A stretch of 64,000 bases of DNA from Verrucomicrobiia bacterium (GTDB lineage: Bacteria > Verrucomicrobiota > Verrucomicrobiia > Limisphaerales > UBA1319), in contig OY760937.1 in assembly GCA_963664225.1 (NCBI GenBank), positions 4,416,001-4,480,000 on the forward strand. The letters are read 5' to 3'. The notes under the pieces were generated by a model. It ran no database searches, was not told where the DNA came from, and was given only the letters and a program-made list of their open reading frames with translations. A program made the translations under genes and the position numbers. Positions 51,601-60,757 of the stretch are shown piece by piece; position 1 is the first letter of the stretch; each line of letters opens with the position of its first letter.

Positions 51601-54096
51601 AATAATGTCCAATCCACGAACGCGGGCGAATATGCCGTGGTGGTCAGTAATGCCCTCGGCTCGGTGACGAGTTCCAACGCAGTGCTGACCATTGTTTCGC
51701 CAATTGCAGCGCCCAGCGGCCTGATCGGGTGGTGGCGGGGTGCGAGTAACGTGGTGGACGCATTCAGCGGTTTGGTCGGATATGAAACCAACGGAGCCGG
51801 TTACGGACCCGGGGAGGTGGGTAGCGGTTTCAGCCTCGATGGGGTGGATGATCGGGTGATTATTCCCAATTGTCCGACCTTGAATTTTGGCTCCAATCAG
51901 AACTTCTCGGTCGAGGCCTGGATTCAAGCCCAAGCCACCCCTGGAAATTTTGTGGGCGCTGCTCAGATTGTGTCCAAAGCCTATACACCTGATTCCAACG
52001 AGTCTGTGGGATGGTCGCTATTCTTGAACCAGGGCAATCTCGGCTTCCTGATGTCCCAAGCGCCCATGACCGGCTTCAACTCCTCAATCTGGGCTTCGTC
52101 GGGCCCTAATTTGCAGGACGGCCTGTTCCATCATGTCGGAGTCACTGTGGATCGTGCCTCAAATGCGGGCGGCAGATTATATGTGGATGGAGTTCTCATC
52201 TTGACGTTTGACCCGACTCAGGAATCTGGTGATCTCTCCACAGCCGGGCCATTGTATATTGGGTGCCATGATAACCCGTCGATCAATTCCAATTTCAAAG
52301 GCGTTGTTGACGAGGTTTCGATTTATAATCGCGTGCTGACCTCCAATGAAATCACGGCCATAAACCTGATAGGGGTGGCCGGGAAGTATCTAGAACCAAT
52401 CGCCCCGATCCTGGTCAGCCAGCCTGCGGGCCAGCGGGTCGAGCGTGGCAGCAACGTGACTCTCGAGGTGGGAGCCGGGGGAGGCCAACCTCTGTCCTAC
52501 CAGTGGCTGTTCAACGAAGGCGATATCGTGGGCGGCACCAACTTCTCACTGGTCCTGACCAATGTTCAGTTCGCTCAGTCCGGCGTTTATTCCGTTAAAG
52601 TGTCCAATGGGCTTGGCTCGGTGACCAGTAGTAACGCATTGCTGAGGGTGGACTTTCCGCCTGCCACGGTTCGCCTGGCCAATGCCAGCGGGTCTCCAAG
52701 CAATCCCATCGCCATTCCAGTTTTGTTGATGGCCAACGGGAATGAAAACGCCTTGAGCTTGAGTGTGAACTTTGACCCGTCGGTTCTGGCCTTTGCGGAT
52801 GTTGTCGCTGGTTCCGGAGCGTCGGGAGGTTTATTGTATGCAAACACCAATCTGCTGAGCAGTGGCCGAATCGGATTGATTGTGGCATTGCCTGCGGATG
52901 CGGTGTTCAGCGAGGGGACGCAGGAAGTGGCCCGATTGATCTTCAAGGCCGCCTCCGTTCTGACACCTGTCACAACCTTTGTGACTTTCGGCAACCAGCC
53001 GACCTTGTCTCAATTGTCGGACGTCGATGTCATGAGCCTGCCCGCAAATTATGTGAACGGCACGGTCAGCATCGCCGCAGCCGACTTCGAGGGGGATGTC
53101 ACTCCCAGTCCGGCGGGTGATAAAGTCCTTACCATGATGGATTGGGTGCTGGAGGGCCGCTTTGTCGCGGGGCTGGATTCCCCCAACAGCGCCATCGAGT
53201 ATCAGCGCGCCGACTGCGCGCCACAATACACCCGGGGCGATGGAGCCATTACCGTGATCGATTGGGTGCAAGTGGGACGCTACGCGGTCGGATTGGATCC
53301 GTATGTTCCGGTTGGCGGCCCAATGGATGAATTGGGTGGATTGGGTGAAGTTTATCCCATGAGCGCCCTGGACAAGGCTTTTGAGACCGTTGTTCCTCCG
53401 GGCAGCTCTGGCAGCGAGGTCAAAATATTGGAAACGACTCTGGTTCAAGGCGAGTCAGGCGCCGTGACTGTGATGTTGGAGGCACAGGGAACTGAGAACG
53501 CGGTGGGCTTCAGTCTGGCCTTTAATCCAATGACGATGAGTTTTGTCAACGCGAGTCTGGGCGCGGGCGCCGCGAGCGCGCTGCTCAACGTCAATACCAA
53601 TCAATCCGCGATGGGGCGCGTCGGTTTTGCGCTGGCCCTTTCGCCAGGCCACACGTTTGGCACAGGCGGCAAGGAGATCCTGAAGTTAAATTTCCGGGTC
53701 GCCGCTGCCGCTTTGGAGGGTCCGTCCGTATTCAAATTTACAGATTTACCCGTGACCCGTGAAGTGGCTGACGCTGTCGCCATGCCGGTCCTCGCCACCT
53801 TCACTCATGGCATCGTGGATATTCGCGCTTCCACACCCACGCTGCAAATCAGGCGCTTGAACGATCAGGTCGTTTTGTCATGGCCGGATTGGGCCACCAA
53901 TTACACGCTGCAGGTCTGCGAAAGCTCCGGCACAAATTTAAATTGGGTAAGCGCGATGGCCACAACCAGCATTATACACAGCGAATGCGTGGTTGCGCTG
54001 CCCTTGTCGGTTCCAAACGAGATGTATCGCCTGATCCAATTTGGGGCGTCCATCCCAACCAATCCAGTCACAACGAACACGTTGTCTGGAAACTAA
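48691..54096 (+). CDS. Large secreted protein: (LamG-like + Ig)x4, cohesin, dockerin-like, cohesin, C-terminal module
   Basis: Four G(M/L)(V/I)(A/G)WW...FHHV...F.G..DE.S.Y LamG repeats, each followed by QP....(Y/F)QW..N...G.Y.V.V.N..GS.TS Ig domain; two EN A..FS/LS..F(D/N)P cohesin-like domains flanking a duplicated GD....DWV..GR...GLD motif. Confidence 0.88.
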   Translation: MNNMMRQSSRLLSSTLFAMLTLLLCHGTMNASVLGLTDTSTNPPPSAVQAPEGMVAWWKGESNVVDVIGGPSGFVTNGAGYGPGKVGTGISFDGVYGRVCIPDSPALHFGSNQNFSVEAWIQAQSNPGNDNGITVIVDKSESLGPNWILGWQLYLENGKLGFKVMHGPTAEHRYWTTSAPNLCDGGFHHVAATLDRNSTNGGKLYVDGAPIMTFDPTLEPGNLSSTAILLFGNGSDPEIHDYFKGIIDEVSLYNRPLTDAEILSVYSAGGSGKYLAPVAPFISMQPADQSVKVGDDAVFSVAASGGIPLTYQWNINGTNIAGATNSSLVLPNVQLADAGVYTVVISNDIGSITSSNAVLTVSTPTPTAVQPPAGMVAWWKGENYVVDAFGLATGGVTEGAGFTTGKVGTGFSLDGLTGQVVIHNAPTLNFGSNQNFSVEAWIQAQPNPANVSGIAVIADKTATYIPASTVGWQFYLDNGRLGFKLMQGPMPQEKHWTASGPDLRDGQFHHVAAVLDRKLANSGKLYVDGSPLLTFDATQLPGDLSTEGLFLIGSGNIPGVGEYFKGVIDEVSLYNRALTDADILSVYGAGSNGKISTPIPPFILTQPVDQSGTVGGGASFHVMAGGEYPLRFQWSINGTNIPGANGSQLVLTNVQLTDAGSYAVVVTNGVGSVTSSNAVLSFTLPYQVPPGLIGWWRGESNVLDVVTHTSGSAANGLGYGPAVVGSGFNLDGINDQVIVSNAPALNFSHNQNFSVETWIQALPTPGNHSGVAEIVSKAFTPDGSQSVGWSFIINQGNLGLLMSQTPMLPYNSSIWTAPGPYLQDGSFHHVGVTVDRTSSTGGRLYVDGVRVLTFDPTQEAGDLSTSGPLYIGCHDNPAMNCNFKGIIDELSIYSRALTAEEINSIVLDGNHGKLVPPFAPVITAQPANRNAAQGVNVSIGLEVDGTPPLTYQWTFNGTNIAGATNNPMVLNNVQSTNAGEYAVVVSNALGSVTSSNAVLTIVSPIAAPSGLIGWWRGASNVVDAFSGLVGYETNGAGYGPGEVGSGFSLDGVDDRVIIPNCPTLNFGSNQNFSVEAWIQAQATPGNFVGAAQIVSKAYTPDSNESVGWSLFLNQGNLGFLMSQAPMTGFNSSIWASSGPNLQDGLFHHVGVTVDRASNAGGRLYVDGVLILTFDPTQESGDLSTAGPLYIGCHDNPSINSNFKGVVDEVSIYNRVLTSNEITAINLIGVAGKYLEPIAPILVSQPAGQRVERGSNVTLEVGAGGGQPLSYQWLFNEGDIVGGTNFSLVLTNVQFAQSGVYSVKVSNGLGSVTSSNALLRVDFPPATVRLANASGSPSNPIAIPVLLMANGNENALSLSVNFDPSVLAFADVVAGSGASGGLLYANTNLLSSGRIGLIVALPADAVFSEGTQEVARLIFKAASVLTPVTTFVTFGNQPTLSQLSDVDVMSLPANYVNGTVSIAAADFEGDVTPSPAGDKVLTMMDWVLEGRFVAGLDSPNSAIEYQRADCAPQYTRGDGAITVIDWVQVGRYAVGLDPYVPVGGPMDELGGLGEVYPMSALDKAFETVVPPGSSGSEVKILETTLVQGESGAVTVMLEAQGTENAVGFSLAFNPMTMSFVNASLGAGAASALLNVNTNQSAMGRVGFALALSPGHTFGTGGKEILKLNFRVAAAALEGPSVFKFTDLPVTREVADAVAMPVLATFTHGIVDIRASTPTLQIRRLNDQVVLSWPDWATNYTLQVCESSGTNLNWVSAMATTSIIHSECVVALPLSVPNEMYRLIQFGASIPTNPVTTNTLSGN

Positions 54097-54724
54097 AGGT
54101 AACTCGCAGGGATGGACAGGGATGGGAGCGGACCCTGTGATTGGTGTTCATGAATGCTGGAATCCGAATGAAACCACGAATGACGCGAAACAAGCGAAAG
54201 TGGGACGGGCAGAACCGTTAATGGACTCATAAACACTAATTCGGCTTGGTCTCTGGTCAAATAGATGAGAGCAAAGCGAGGCTGTCTTCAATAATGGAGG
54301 CGAAGCCATGGGCCTTAACCTCAATACGTCCATTCCTCTGAAACCCTTTCATGCAAGCGCGTTGCGTGTAAAAGTAATTTGGGATTGCTGCTTGCGCCAA
54401 TATTGCTGATCTTCTAATTTACGAAATAAGAGCTCGTAAATTGACTTTGAGTGGAATATCGCCGAAATTTAGCGAGCGGCTAGATTCAATTGTCATCATA
54501 TTCGGAACTTTCTGGAAGCCTTCCCTGACTCCAGCCGGGTGCAAAAGTCAAAACCATCAGTTATTGATTCAAAGGCGAGAAGGTTTTCTAGCTGAATAAG
54601 CCTGGTGTGTTTGCCCCCAGGGACGACAAGACCGAGCGCGGGCCTTTCGTGGTCAGGCAGCGCGCTGACGACGGCTCAACTCAATATGGGGCAGGACCAC
54701 TCGCTGTTGATGATCGGATTTAAA

Positions 54725-56767
54725 ATGACACAAAAAGCTGTAATTGATGGCGACCCCGCGGCGGCGCAGATCGTCACCGAAGTCCGGCGCGAAGAGGCTC
54801 TGCTGAAAGCGGGCGCCTTGCAGAGCGCCATTTTCAACAGCGCCAACTTCTCGAGCATCGCCACTGACGCCAAGGGGGTCATTCAGATCTTCAATGTCGG
54901 CGCTGAGCGGATGCTGGGTTATACGGCCGCCGAGGTGATGAACAAGATCACGCCTGCGGATATTTCCGATCCGCAGGAAGTGATCGCGCGTGCCAAGGCG
55001 TTGAGTGTCGAGCTTGGAACGCCGATCACCCCGGGCTTTGAGGCTCTGGTGTTCAAGGCCTCGCGCGGGATCGAGGACATCTACGAGCTGACCTACTTCC
55101 GCAAGGATGGGAGCCGCTTTCCGGCGGTGGTGTCCGTCACGGCGCTGCGCGACGCGCAGGACGCCATCATCGGCTATTTGTTGATCGGCACAGACAATAC
55201 GGCCCGCAAGCAGGCCGAGGAGGCTCTGCTGAAAGCGGGCGCCTTGCAGAGCGCCATTTTCAACAGCGCCAACTTCTCGAGCATCGCCACCGACGCCAAG
55301 GGGGTCATTCAGATCTTCAATGTCGGCGCCGAGCGGATGCTGGGTTATACCGCCGCCGAGGTGATGAACAAGATCACGCCGGCGGATATTTCCGATCCGC
55401 AGGAAGTGATCGCGCGCGCCGAAGAATTGAGCCTCGAACTCGGAACCCCGATTACCCCGGGTTTCGAGGCATTAGTGTTCAAGGCTTCGCGCGGGATTGA
55501 GGACATTTACGAGCTGACCTACATCCGCAAGGATGGGAGCCGCTTCCCGGCGGTGGTGTCCGTCACGGCGCTGCGGGACGAGCTGGGCGCCATCATCGGC
55601 TACCTGCTGATCGGCACGGATAATACCGCGCGCAAGCAGATCGAGGCGGAGCAAAAGCAGCTCAGTCAGCGGCTGCGCGACCATCAGTTTTACACCCGCT
55701 CCCTGTTTGAATCCAACATCGACGCGATCATGACCACCGATCCGTCCGGCATCATCACCGATGTCAATAAACAGATGGAGGTGCTCACCGGCTGCACGCG
55801 CGATGAGCTGATCGGCGCGCCTTTCAAGAACTACTTCACTGATCCGGATGGGGCCGAGACGAGCATCAAACAGGTGCTCAGAGAGAAGAAGGTCACGAAC
55901 TATGAACTCACCGCACGCGCCAGGGATGGCAAGGAAACGGTGGTCTCCTTCAACGCGACCACCTTCTACGACCGGGACAGGAAGTTGCAGGGCGTGTTCG
56001 CCGCCGCGCGCGATGTGACCGAGCACAAGCGCTTTGAACAATCGCTACAGGAAGCCAATCGGATGAAGAGCGAGTTTCTCGCGAACATGTCCCACGAGTT
56101 GCGCACCCCGCTCAACGGCATCATCGGCTTCACCGAGTTCCTGATTGATGAGAAGCCAGGCCCGCTGATGCCCAAGCAAAAAGAATATCTGGGTGACGTG
56201 CTCAGCAGCGCGCGCCACCTGCTCCAGTTGATCAACGACGTGCTTGACCTCGCGAAAGTCGAGGCGGGCAAAATGGAGCTGCACCCGGAGACCTTTCCTG
56301 TGCAGAAGGCCGTCGAGGAAGTCGTCGCCGTCATCAAGGGTATTGCTCAAAAAAAACGCATCGCCATCGCCATCGAAATCGGGGCGGGGATCGACGCCGT
56401 CCTGCTCGACCAGCACAAATTCAAGCAGGTCCTCTACAATCTTCTTTCCAACGCGGTCAAGTTCTCCGACGAGGGCGGGCAGGTCGGCATCGACGCCCAT
56501 CGGCTCGACCTGAATCAGCTCGAAGTGAAGGTGCGCGACACCGGCATCGGCATCAAAGCCGAGGATATCAACCGGCTCTTCACCGAATTTGAACAACTGG
56601 ATTCCGGCACCGCGCGCCGTTTTGAAGGCACGGGACTCGGCCTGGCGCTGACGAAGAAGATCGTCGAGTTCCAGGGCGGGCGCATCAGCGTGGAAAGCGA
56701 ACCCGGCAAAGGCAGTGTCTTCACGGTCGTGCTGCCGGTGATGACGGGAGAAGGGAAGGCGGTATGA
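54725..56767 (+). CDS. Multi-PAS sensor histidine kinase (HisKA + HATPase); start uncertain
   Basis: Two near-identical PAS/PAC repeats plus a third PAS; FLANMSHELRTPLN, NLLSNAVKF, DTGIG, GTGLGL. Confidence 0.95.
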   Translation: MTQKAVIDGDPAAAQIVTEVRREEALLKAGALQSAIFNSANFSSIATDAKGVIQIFNVGAERMLGYTAAEVMNKITPADISDPQEVIARAKALSVELGTPITPGFEALVFKASRGIEDIYELTYFRKDGSRFPAVVSVTALRDAQDAIIGYLLIGTDNTARKQAEEALLKAGALQSAIFNSANFSSIATDAKGVIQIFNVGAERMLGYTAAEVMNKITPADISDPQEVIARAEELSLELGTPITPGFEALVFKASRGIEDIYELTYIRKDGSRFPAVVSVTALRDELGAIIGYLLIGTDNTARKQIEAEQKQLSQRLRDHQFYTRSLFESNIDAIMTTDPSGIITDVNKQMEVLTGCTRDELIGAPFKNYFTDPDGAETSIKQVLREKKVTNYELTARARDGKETVVSFNATTFYDRDRKLQGVFAAARDVTEHKRFEQSLQEANRMKSEFLANMSHELRTPLNGIIGFTEFLIDEKPGPLMPKQKEYLGDVLSSARHLLQLINDVLDLAKVEAGKMELHPETFPVQKAVEEVVAVIKGIAQKKRIAIAIEIGAGIDAVLLDQHKFKQVLYNLLSNAVKFSDEGGQVGIDAHRLDLNQLEVKVRDTGIGIKAEDINRLFTEFEQLDSGTARRFEGTGLGLALTKKIVEFQGGRISVESEPGKGSVFTVVLPVMTGEGKAV

Positions 56768-57135
56768 GCGCGAAAATCCTGGTCATTGACGATAACCCCA
56801 CCAATCTCAAACTGGTCTCCGAACTGCTCGAATTCGAGGGCCACAAGATCCTCAAGGCTGTGGACGCCGAGGAGGCGCAGGTCGTCCTCGCGGACACTCT
56901 GCCGGAATTGATTCTCATGGACATCGCCCTGCCTGGCATGGACGGACTCACGCTCACTCGCAAGCTCAAGGCCGATGAACGCACCCGCCACATCTGCATC
57001 GTCGCCCTCACCGCCTTTGCCATGAAGGGCGACGACCAGAAGGCGTTCGACGCCGGTTGCGACGGCTACATCGCCAAGCCCATCGACACGCGCAAATTGC
57101 CGGAGCAAGTGGCTGATTGGCTGGCGAAGCGATGA
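56764..57135 (+). CDS. Single-domain response regulator (DivK/CheY-like)
   Basis: ILVIDD, LMDIALPGMDG, ALTA, KP. Confidence 0.95.
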   Translation: MSAKILVIDDNPTNLKLVSELLEFEGHKILKAVDAEEAQVVLADTLPELILMDIALPGMDGLTLTRKLKADERTRHICIVALTAFAMKGDDQKAFDAGCDGYIAKPIDTRKLPEQVADWLAKR

Positions 57136-58325
57136 CCAAAGCCATGAACATCCTCATCGTTGACGACATTGCCATCAACCGGAAACTCCTGCGCGTAACG
57201 CTCGAGGCGGAGGGTCATGCCACTTTTGAAGCCACCGACGGCGTCGAAGCCCTGCAAATCCTCGGCCGCGAAACGGTGGACTCCGTCATCTCGGACATCC
57301 TCATGCCGAACATGGACGGCTTCCGGCTCTGCCACGAGATTCGGAAGAGCGAGCGGCTTCGCGCCCTTCCATTCATCATCTACACCAGCACCTATACTTC
57401 GCCCGAGGACATGAAGCTGGCGCTGACCGTTGGCGCAGACAAATATCTCACCAAACCCGCGCCTACTGCGGACGTGCTGAAGGCGCTGCGGGAAGTGATG
57501 GACAAAAAGACTGAGCGCCCTGCGCCATCCGGACCCGCCGTGGCGGAAACCTACGTGCTCCAGCAATACAGCCAGACGCTGGTGAACAAGCTGGAGGAGA
57601 AGAATGCCGATCTGGCGCAAGCAAATGAGGCATTGAAAAGGACCGAGGACCTGCTGCGGGCCCTGGCGCAACGCGTGGTTCAAGCGCAGGAAGATGAGCG
57701 CAGCCGCGTGGCCCTCGAGTTGCACGACACCATCACCCAAATGCTCTGCGCGGTTCTGTATCGCAGCCAGGTGCTGGCGGAAAAACTTCCGGCGCGCAAC
57801 ACGCTGGCGAAGGAGGAGGCGATAAAACTCCGCGAGGTGATAGCCAGGACAGTCGAGGAGGTGGAGCGTATTTCGCGTAATCTGCGGCCCATCGTATTGG
57901 ACCAACTGGGTCTGGTCGCCGGTCTGGGCGACACCAGCACGGAGTTCACGAACCGGACGGGAGTGGCAGTGGATCTGGTCTGTGTGGAACCGGCTCACCG
58001 GCTGCCTGCCGACACCGAGTTGGCGCTCTACCGTATTCTCCAGGAAACCCTGAAAAACATCGAGAAACACGCACACGCCCGTCATGTGAGTGTGCGCCTG
58101 ACGAACCCGGGCAACATCGTGCAATTAACGATCAAGGACGATGGGATCGGTTTCGACCGGGCCGGGCGGCCGGCCCGGCGAAACGGCCAGGGAGGTCTTG
58201 GTCTGCTCGGGATGCGCGAACGGGCGACCTATGTGGGCGGCGCCCTCACGGTCAAATCCGTTCCCCGCATGGGCACTGAAATCGAGATCCGCATTCCCTT
58301 GCCGCCAGAATCCAATGGCGGCTGA
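57132..58325 (+). CDS. Receiver + HisKA_3/HATPase hybrid kinase (NarX/UhpB-type)
   Basis: N-terminal REC (IVDD, SDILMP); ERSRVALELHD, QETLKNIEKHA, DDGIGF, GLGLLGMRER. Confidence 0.92.
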   Translation: MTKAMNILIVDDIAINRKLLRVTLEAEGHATFEATDGVEALQILGRETVDSVISDILMPNMDGFRLCHEIRKSERLRALPFIIYTSTYTSPEDMKLALTVGADKYLTKPAPTADVLKALREVMDKKTERPAPSGPAVAETYVLQQYSQTLVNKLEEKNADLAQANEALKRTEDLLRALAQRVVQAQEDERSRVALELHDTITQMLCAVLYRSQVLAEKLPARNTLAKEEAIKLREVIARTVEEVERISRNLRPIVLDQLGLVAGLGDTSTEFTNRTGVAVDLVCVEPAHRLPADTELALYRILQETLKNIEKHAHARHVSVRLTNPGNIVQLTIKDDGIGFDRAGRPARRNGQGGLGLLGMRERATYVGGALTVKSVPRMGTEIEIRIPLPPESNGG

Positions 58326-58337
58326 TTGAACTGACTT

Positions 58338-59015
58338 GTGAAACGAATTACTGTCTTACTGGCGGATGACCACATGATGATGCGCGAGGGGCTGCGCATG
58401 GTGCTGGAGTTGGAAAAGGATATTCAAATAGTGGGCGAAGCGGAAGATGGCCGCCAGGCTGTTGCCATGGTAAAAGAACTTCAACCCGCCGTTGTGTTGA
58501 TGGACATCGCAATGCCACTGCTCAACGGTGTGGAAGCGACCCGCCAAATTCTCAAAAACTTTCCTGGCACCAGGGTGCTCATTCTCTCGGCCAATGGTCA
58601 TGCCGCTTTCGTCAACCAAGTCATCGAATTGGGCGCGGCCGGATTTCTACTCAAGCAAACCTCCTCAGCCGTTGTCGCCCAGGCGATTCGCGAAGTCCTT
58701 AAAGGAAAGACATTTTTCAGCCCTTCCGTTGCCAAGAGCCTTTCCACTGGCGATGCCAGGTCCCTGTCCCGGGATGGACTGCCCAGGAAGAAGGGCAACC
58801 AATTGAGTTCGCGCGAAGTCGAAGTCCTGCAATTGATTGCCGAGGGCCAGGCCAACAAGCAAGTCGCCGCCGAACTGGGCCTTAGCTTCAAAACAGTGGA
58901 CAAATATCGGCAGCATATCATGAGCAAGCTCAACATCCATGATGTCGCCAGCCTCACCCGCTACGCCATGGAGGCGGGAATCATCGAGAGCAAAGACCGG
59001 GGCGCCTCCAGCTAG
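58338..59015 (+). CDS. NarL/LuxR family DNA-binding response regulator
   Basis: LADDH, MDIAMP; LSSREVEVLQLIAEG..NKQVA..L..S.KTV HTH; GTG start. Confidence 0.95.
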   Translation: MKRITVLLADDHMMMREGLRMVLELEKDIQIVGEAEDGRQAVAMVKELQPAVVLMDIAMPLLNGVEATRQILKNFPGTRVLILSANGHAAFVNQVIELGAAGFLLKQTSSAVVAQAIREVLKGKTFFSPSVAKSLSTGDARSLSRDGLPRKKGNQLSSREVEVLQLIAEGQANKQVAAELGLSFKTVDKYRQHIMSKLNIHDVASLTRYAMEAGIIESKDRGASS

Positions 59016-59101
59016 CCCATCACCTGGCATCGCGGTTTTCTCTCTCTTCCGGCCTCCTCAAGGCCAACTCACGCTCCACTGGCTTCAGAAATCACCTCCG
59101 A

Positions 59102-59130
59102 GGGGGATATCCCCATGGGTGAACCCCCGA
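59102..59130 (+). promoter_or_regulatory. Candidate tandem regulator boxes upstream of the ice-binding gene
   Basis: Perfect palindrome GGGGATATCCCC (59103-59114) followed by related GGGTGAACCCCC about 15 bp downstream. Confidence 0.4.
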
Positions 59131-59198
59131 ATAGAGTCCGCACGCCTCCCGTTCTATTTTATAACCCAGAGCGGTAGATATATAACCATCAAAACAAA

Positions 59199-60164
59199 AT
59201 GAAAATCAGCGCGTCAGCACCTGGGATGACCCCAACGAAACACTTTAAAATGGGCCTCTTCCTCGCCATTACCGGGATCTTCCTGCATCAGAATGCGATG
59301 GCCGACCAACTGCCCGTAAACCTTGGATCGACCAGCCGGTTCGCGGTGCTGGGGGCGAGTGAGATCACCAGCGTTCCAACCTCGGTTATCAAAGGAGATG
59401 TCGGATTGAGCCCGTCGGCCCGGTCAAATATAGCGGGGCTGACGCCAGCAGAAGTGGTGGGAACAATGTTCGCTGCGGACGATGGTGGCGCGGTTGCCGT
59501 CATGTTGACCCAGGCCCAAGGCGATTTGACCATCGCGTACAACGACGCTGCGGGACGAACACCGGTGCCCACGGGTCCTTTTTTGAATCCCGGCAGCGGA
59601 AATTTAGGCGGGCTGACCCTCGTCCCTGGTCTATACAAATTCACGGGCGCGGCTTTGATATCGGGATCAGACCTCACGCTTACGGGTGGCGCAAATGATG
59701 TTTGGATATTTCAGATCGGATCCTCACTCGACGTGGCCAATGGGATCCATGTGGTCCTCGCCGGGGGCGCCCAGGCGGCCAACATTTATTGGCAGGTCGG
59801 CACTTCTGCCACACTGGGGACAACCGTGGTCTTCAAGGGCAACATCCTTGCGGATCAGTCCATCGCGATGCAGACCCTCGCAACGCTCGACGGCAGGGCA
59901 TTGGCGCGGATTGCAGCGGTTACATTGGACTCCAATACCATTACCGTTCCCGAACCCATGACAACCACCATAACCCTGGTCTCGGCAGCCGCCGTTGCCG
60001 GTTCATACACGGTCGCCGCAGGACAGTCCGTTAATCTTGCGACCAAGACCATAACGGCTCCCGTGTCAGGTGACCGGCAGTTCTATCGCATCCAGGCAGG
60101 CACATCGATTCCGATTACAAGCCTCACCGTTTCCGGCGCCAACGTGGTGGTAATCTACAAGTAA
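59199..60164 (+). CDS. DUF3494 ice-binding-like protein with C-terminal extension
   Basis: Signal peptide; VNLGS..FAVL, AYNDAAGR, LGGLTLVPGLYK, WIFQI, NIYWQVG.SATLG, GRALA, VTLDSNTI. Confidence 0.92.
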   Translation: MKISASAPGMTPTKHFKMGLFLAITGIFLHQNAMADQLPVNLGSTSRFAVLGASEITSVPTSVIKGDVGLSPSARSNIAGLTPAEVVGTMFAADDGGAVAVMLTQAQGDLTIAYNDAAGRTPVPTGPFLNPGSGNLGGLTLVPGLYKFTGAALISGSDLTLTGGANDVWIFQIGSSLDVANGIHVVLAGGAQAANIYWQVGTSATLGTTVVFKGNILADQSIAMQTLATLDGRALARIAAVTLDSNTITVPEPMTTTITLVSAAAVAGSYTVAAGQSVNLATKTITAPVSGDRQFYRIQAGTSIPITSLTVSGANVVVIYK

Positions 60165-60207
60165 TACAATGCCATGAATGGGTCCGTCCGACAATATCGC
60201 AATATCT

Positions 60208-60368
60208 TATGCCCTGTCCAAAAAACCGCAGAGAAAATGGCCACCGTTATCAAGGACAGGGCGCAAAAAGAGCGAATTGCCGTTGGCATCAGAATTGGGC
60301 CGGGGGGCAAAGGCAGTGTGTTCACGGTGGTTTTGCCGGTGATGACGGGGGAAGGGATGGAAGAATGA
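60208..60368 (+). pseudogene. Internally deleted relic of the PAS kinase 3' end
   Basis: CPVQKTAEKMATVIKDRAQKERIAVGIRIG-PGGKGSVFTVVLPVMTGEG aligns to FPVQKAVEEVVAVIKGIAQKKRIAIAIEIG...GKGSVFTVVLPVMTGEG with the HATPase core missing. Confidence 0.8.
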
Positions 60369-60757
60369 GCGCGAAAATCCTGGTCGTTGACGACAACCCG
60401 ATCAATCTCAAACTGGTCTCCGAACTGCTCGAATTCGAGGGCCACAAGATACTCAAGGCCGTGGACGCCGAGGAGGCGCAGATCGTCCTGGCCGGCACTC
60501 TGCCGGAATTGATCCTGATGGACATCGCCCTGCCCGGCATGGACGGACTCACGCTCACACGCAAACTCAAGGCTGATGGACGCACCCGCCATATCCGCAT
60601 CGTCGCCCTCACCGCCTTCGCGATGAAGGGCGACGACCAGAAGGCGTTCGACGCCGGTTGCGACGGCTACATCACCAAGCCCATCGACACGCGCAAATTG
60701 CCGGAGCAAGTAGCCTATTTGCTGGCGATGCTGGCGAAGGAAAGGCCAAAGCAATGA
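60365..60757 (+). CDS. Single-domain response regulator (near-identical paralog of 56764-57135)
   Basis: MSAKILVVDD...KPIDTRKLPEQVA. Confidence 0.93.
   Translation: MSAKILVVDDNPINLKLVSELLEFEGHKILKAVDAEEAQIVLAGTLPELILMDIALPGMDGLTLTRKLKADGRTRHIRIVALTAFAMKGDDQKAFDAGCDGYITKPIDTRKLPEQVAYLLAMLAKERPKQ

Noticed and set aside
54240..54724. Riboswitch (e.g. c-di-GMP) upstream of the PAS kinase
   Set aside because: No convincing conserved motif or stem pattern found by eye
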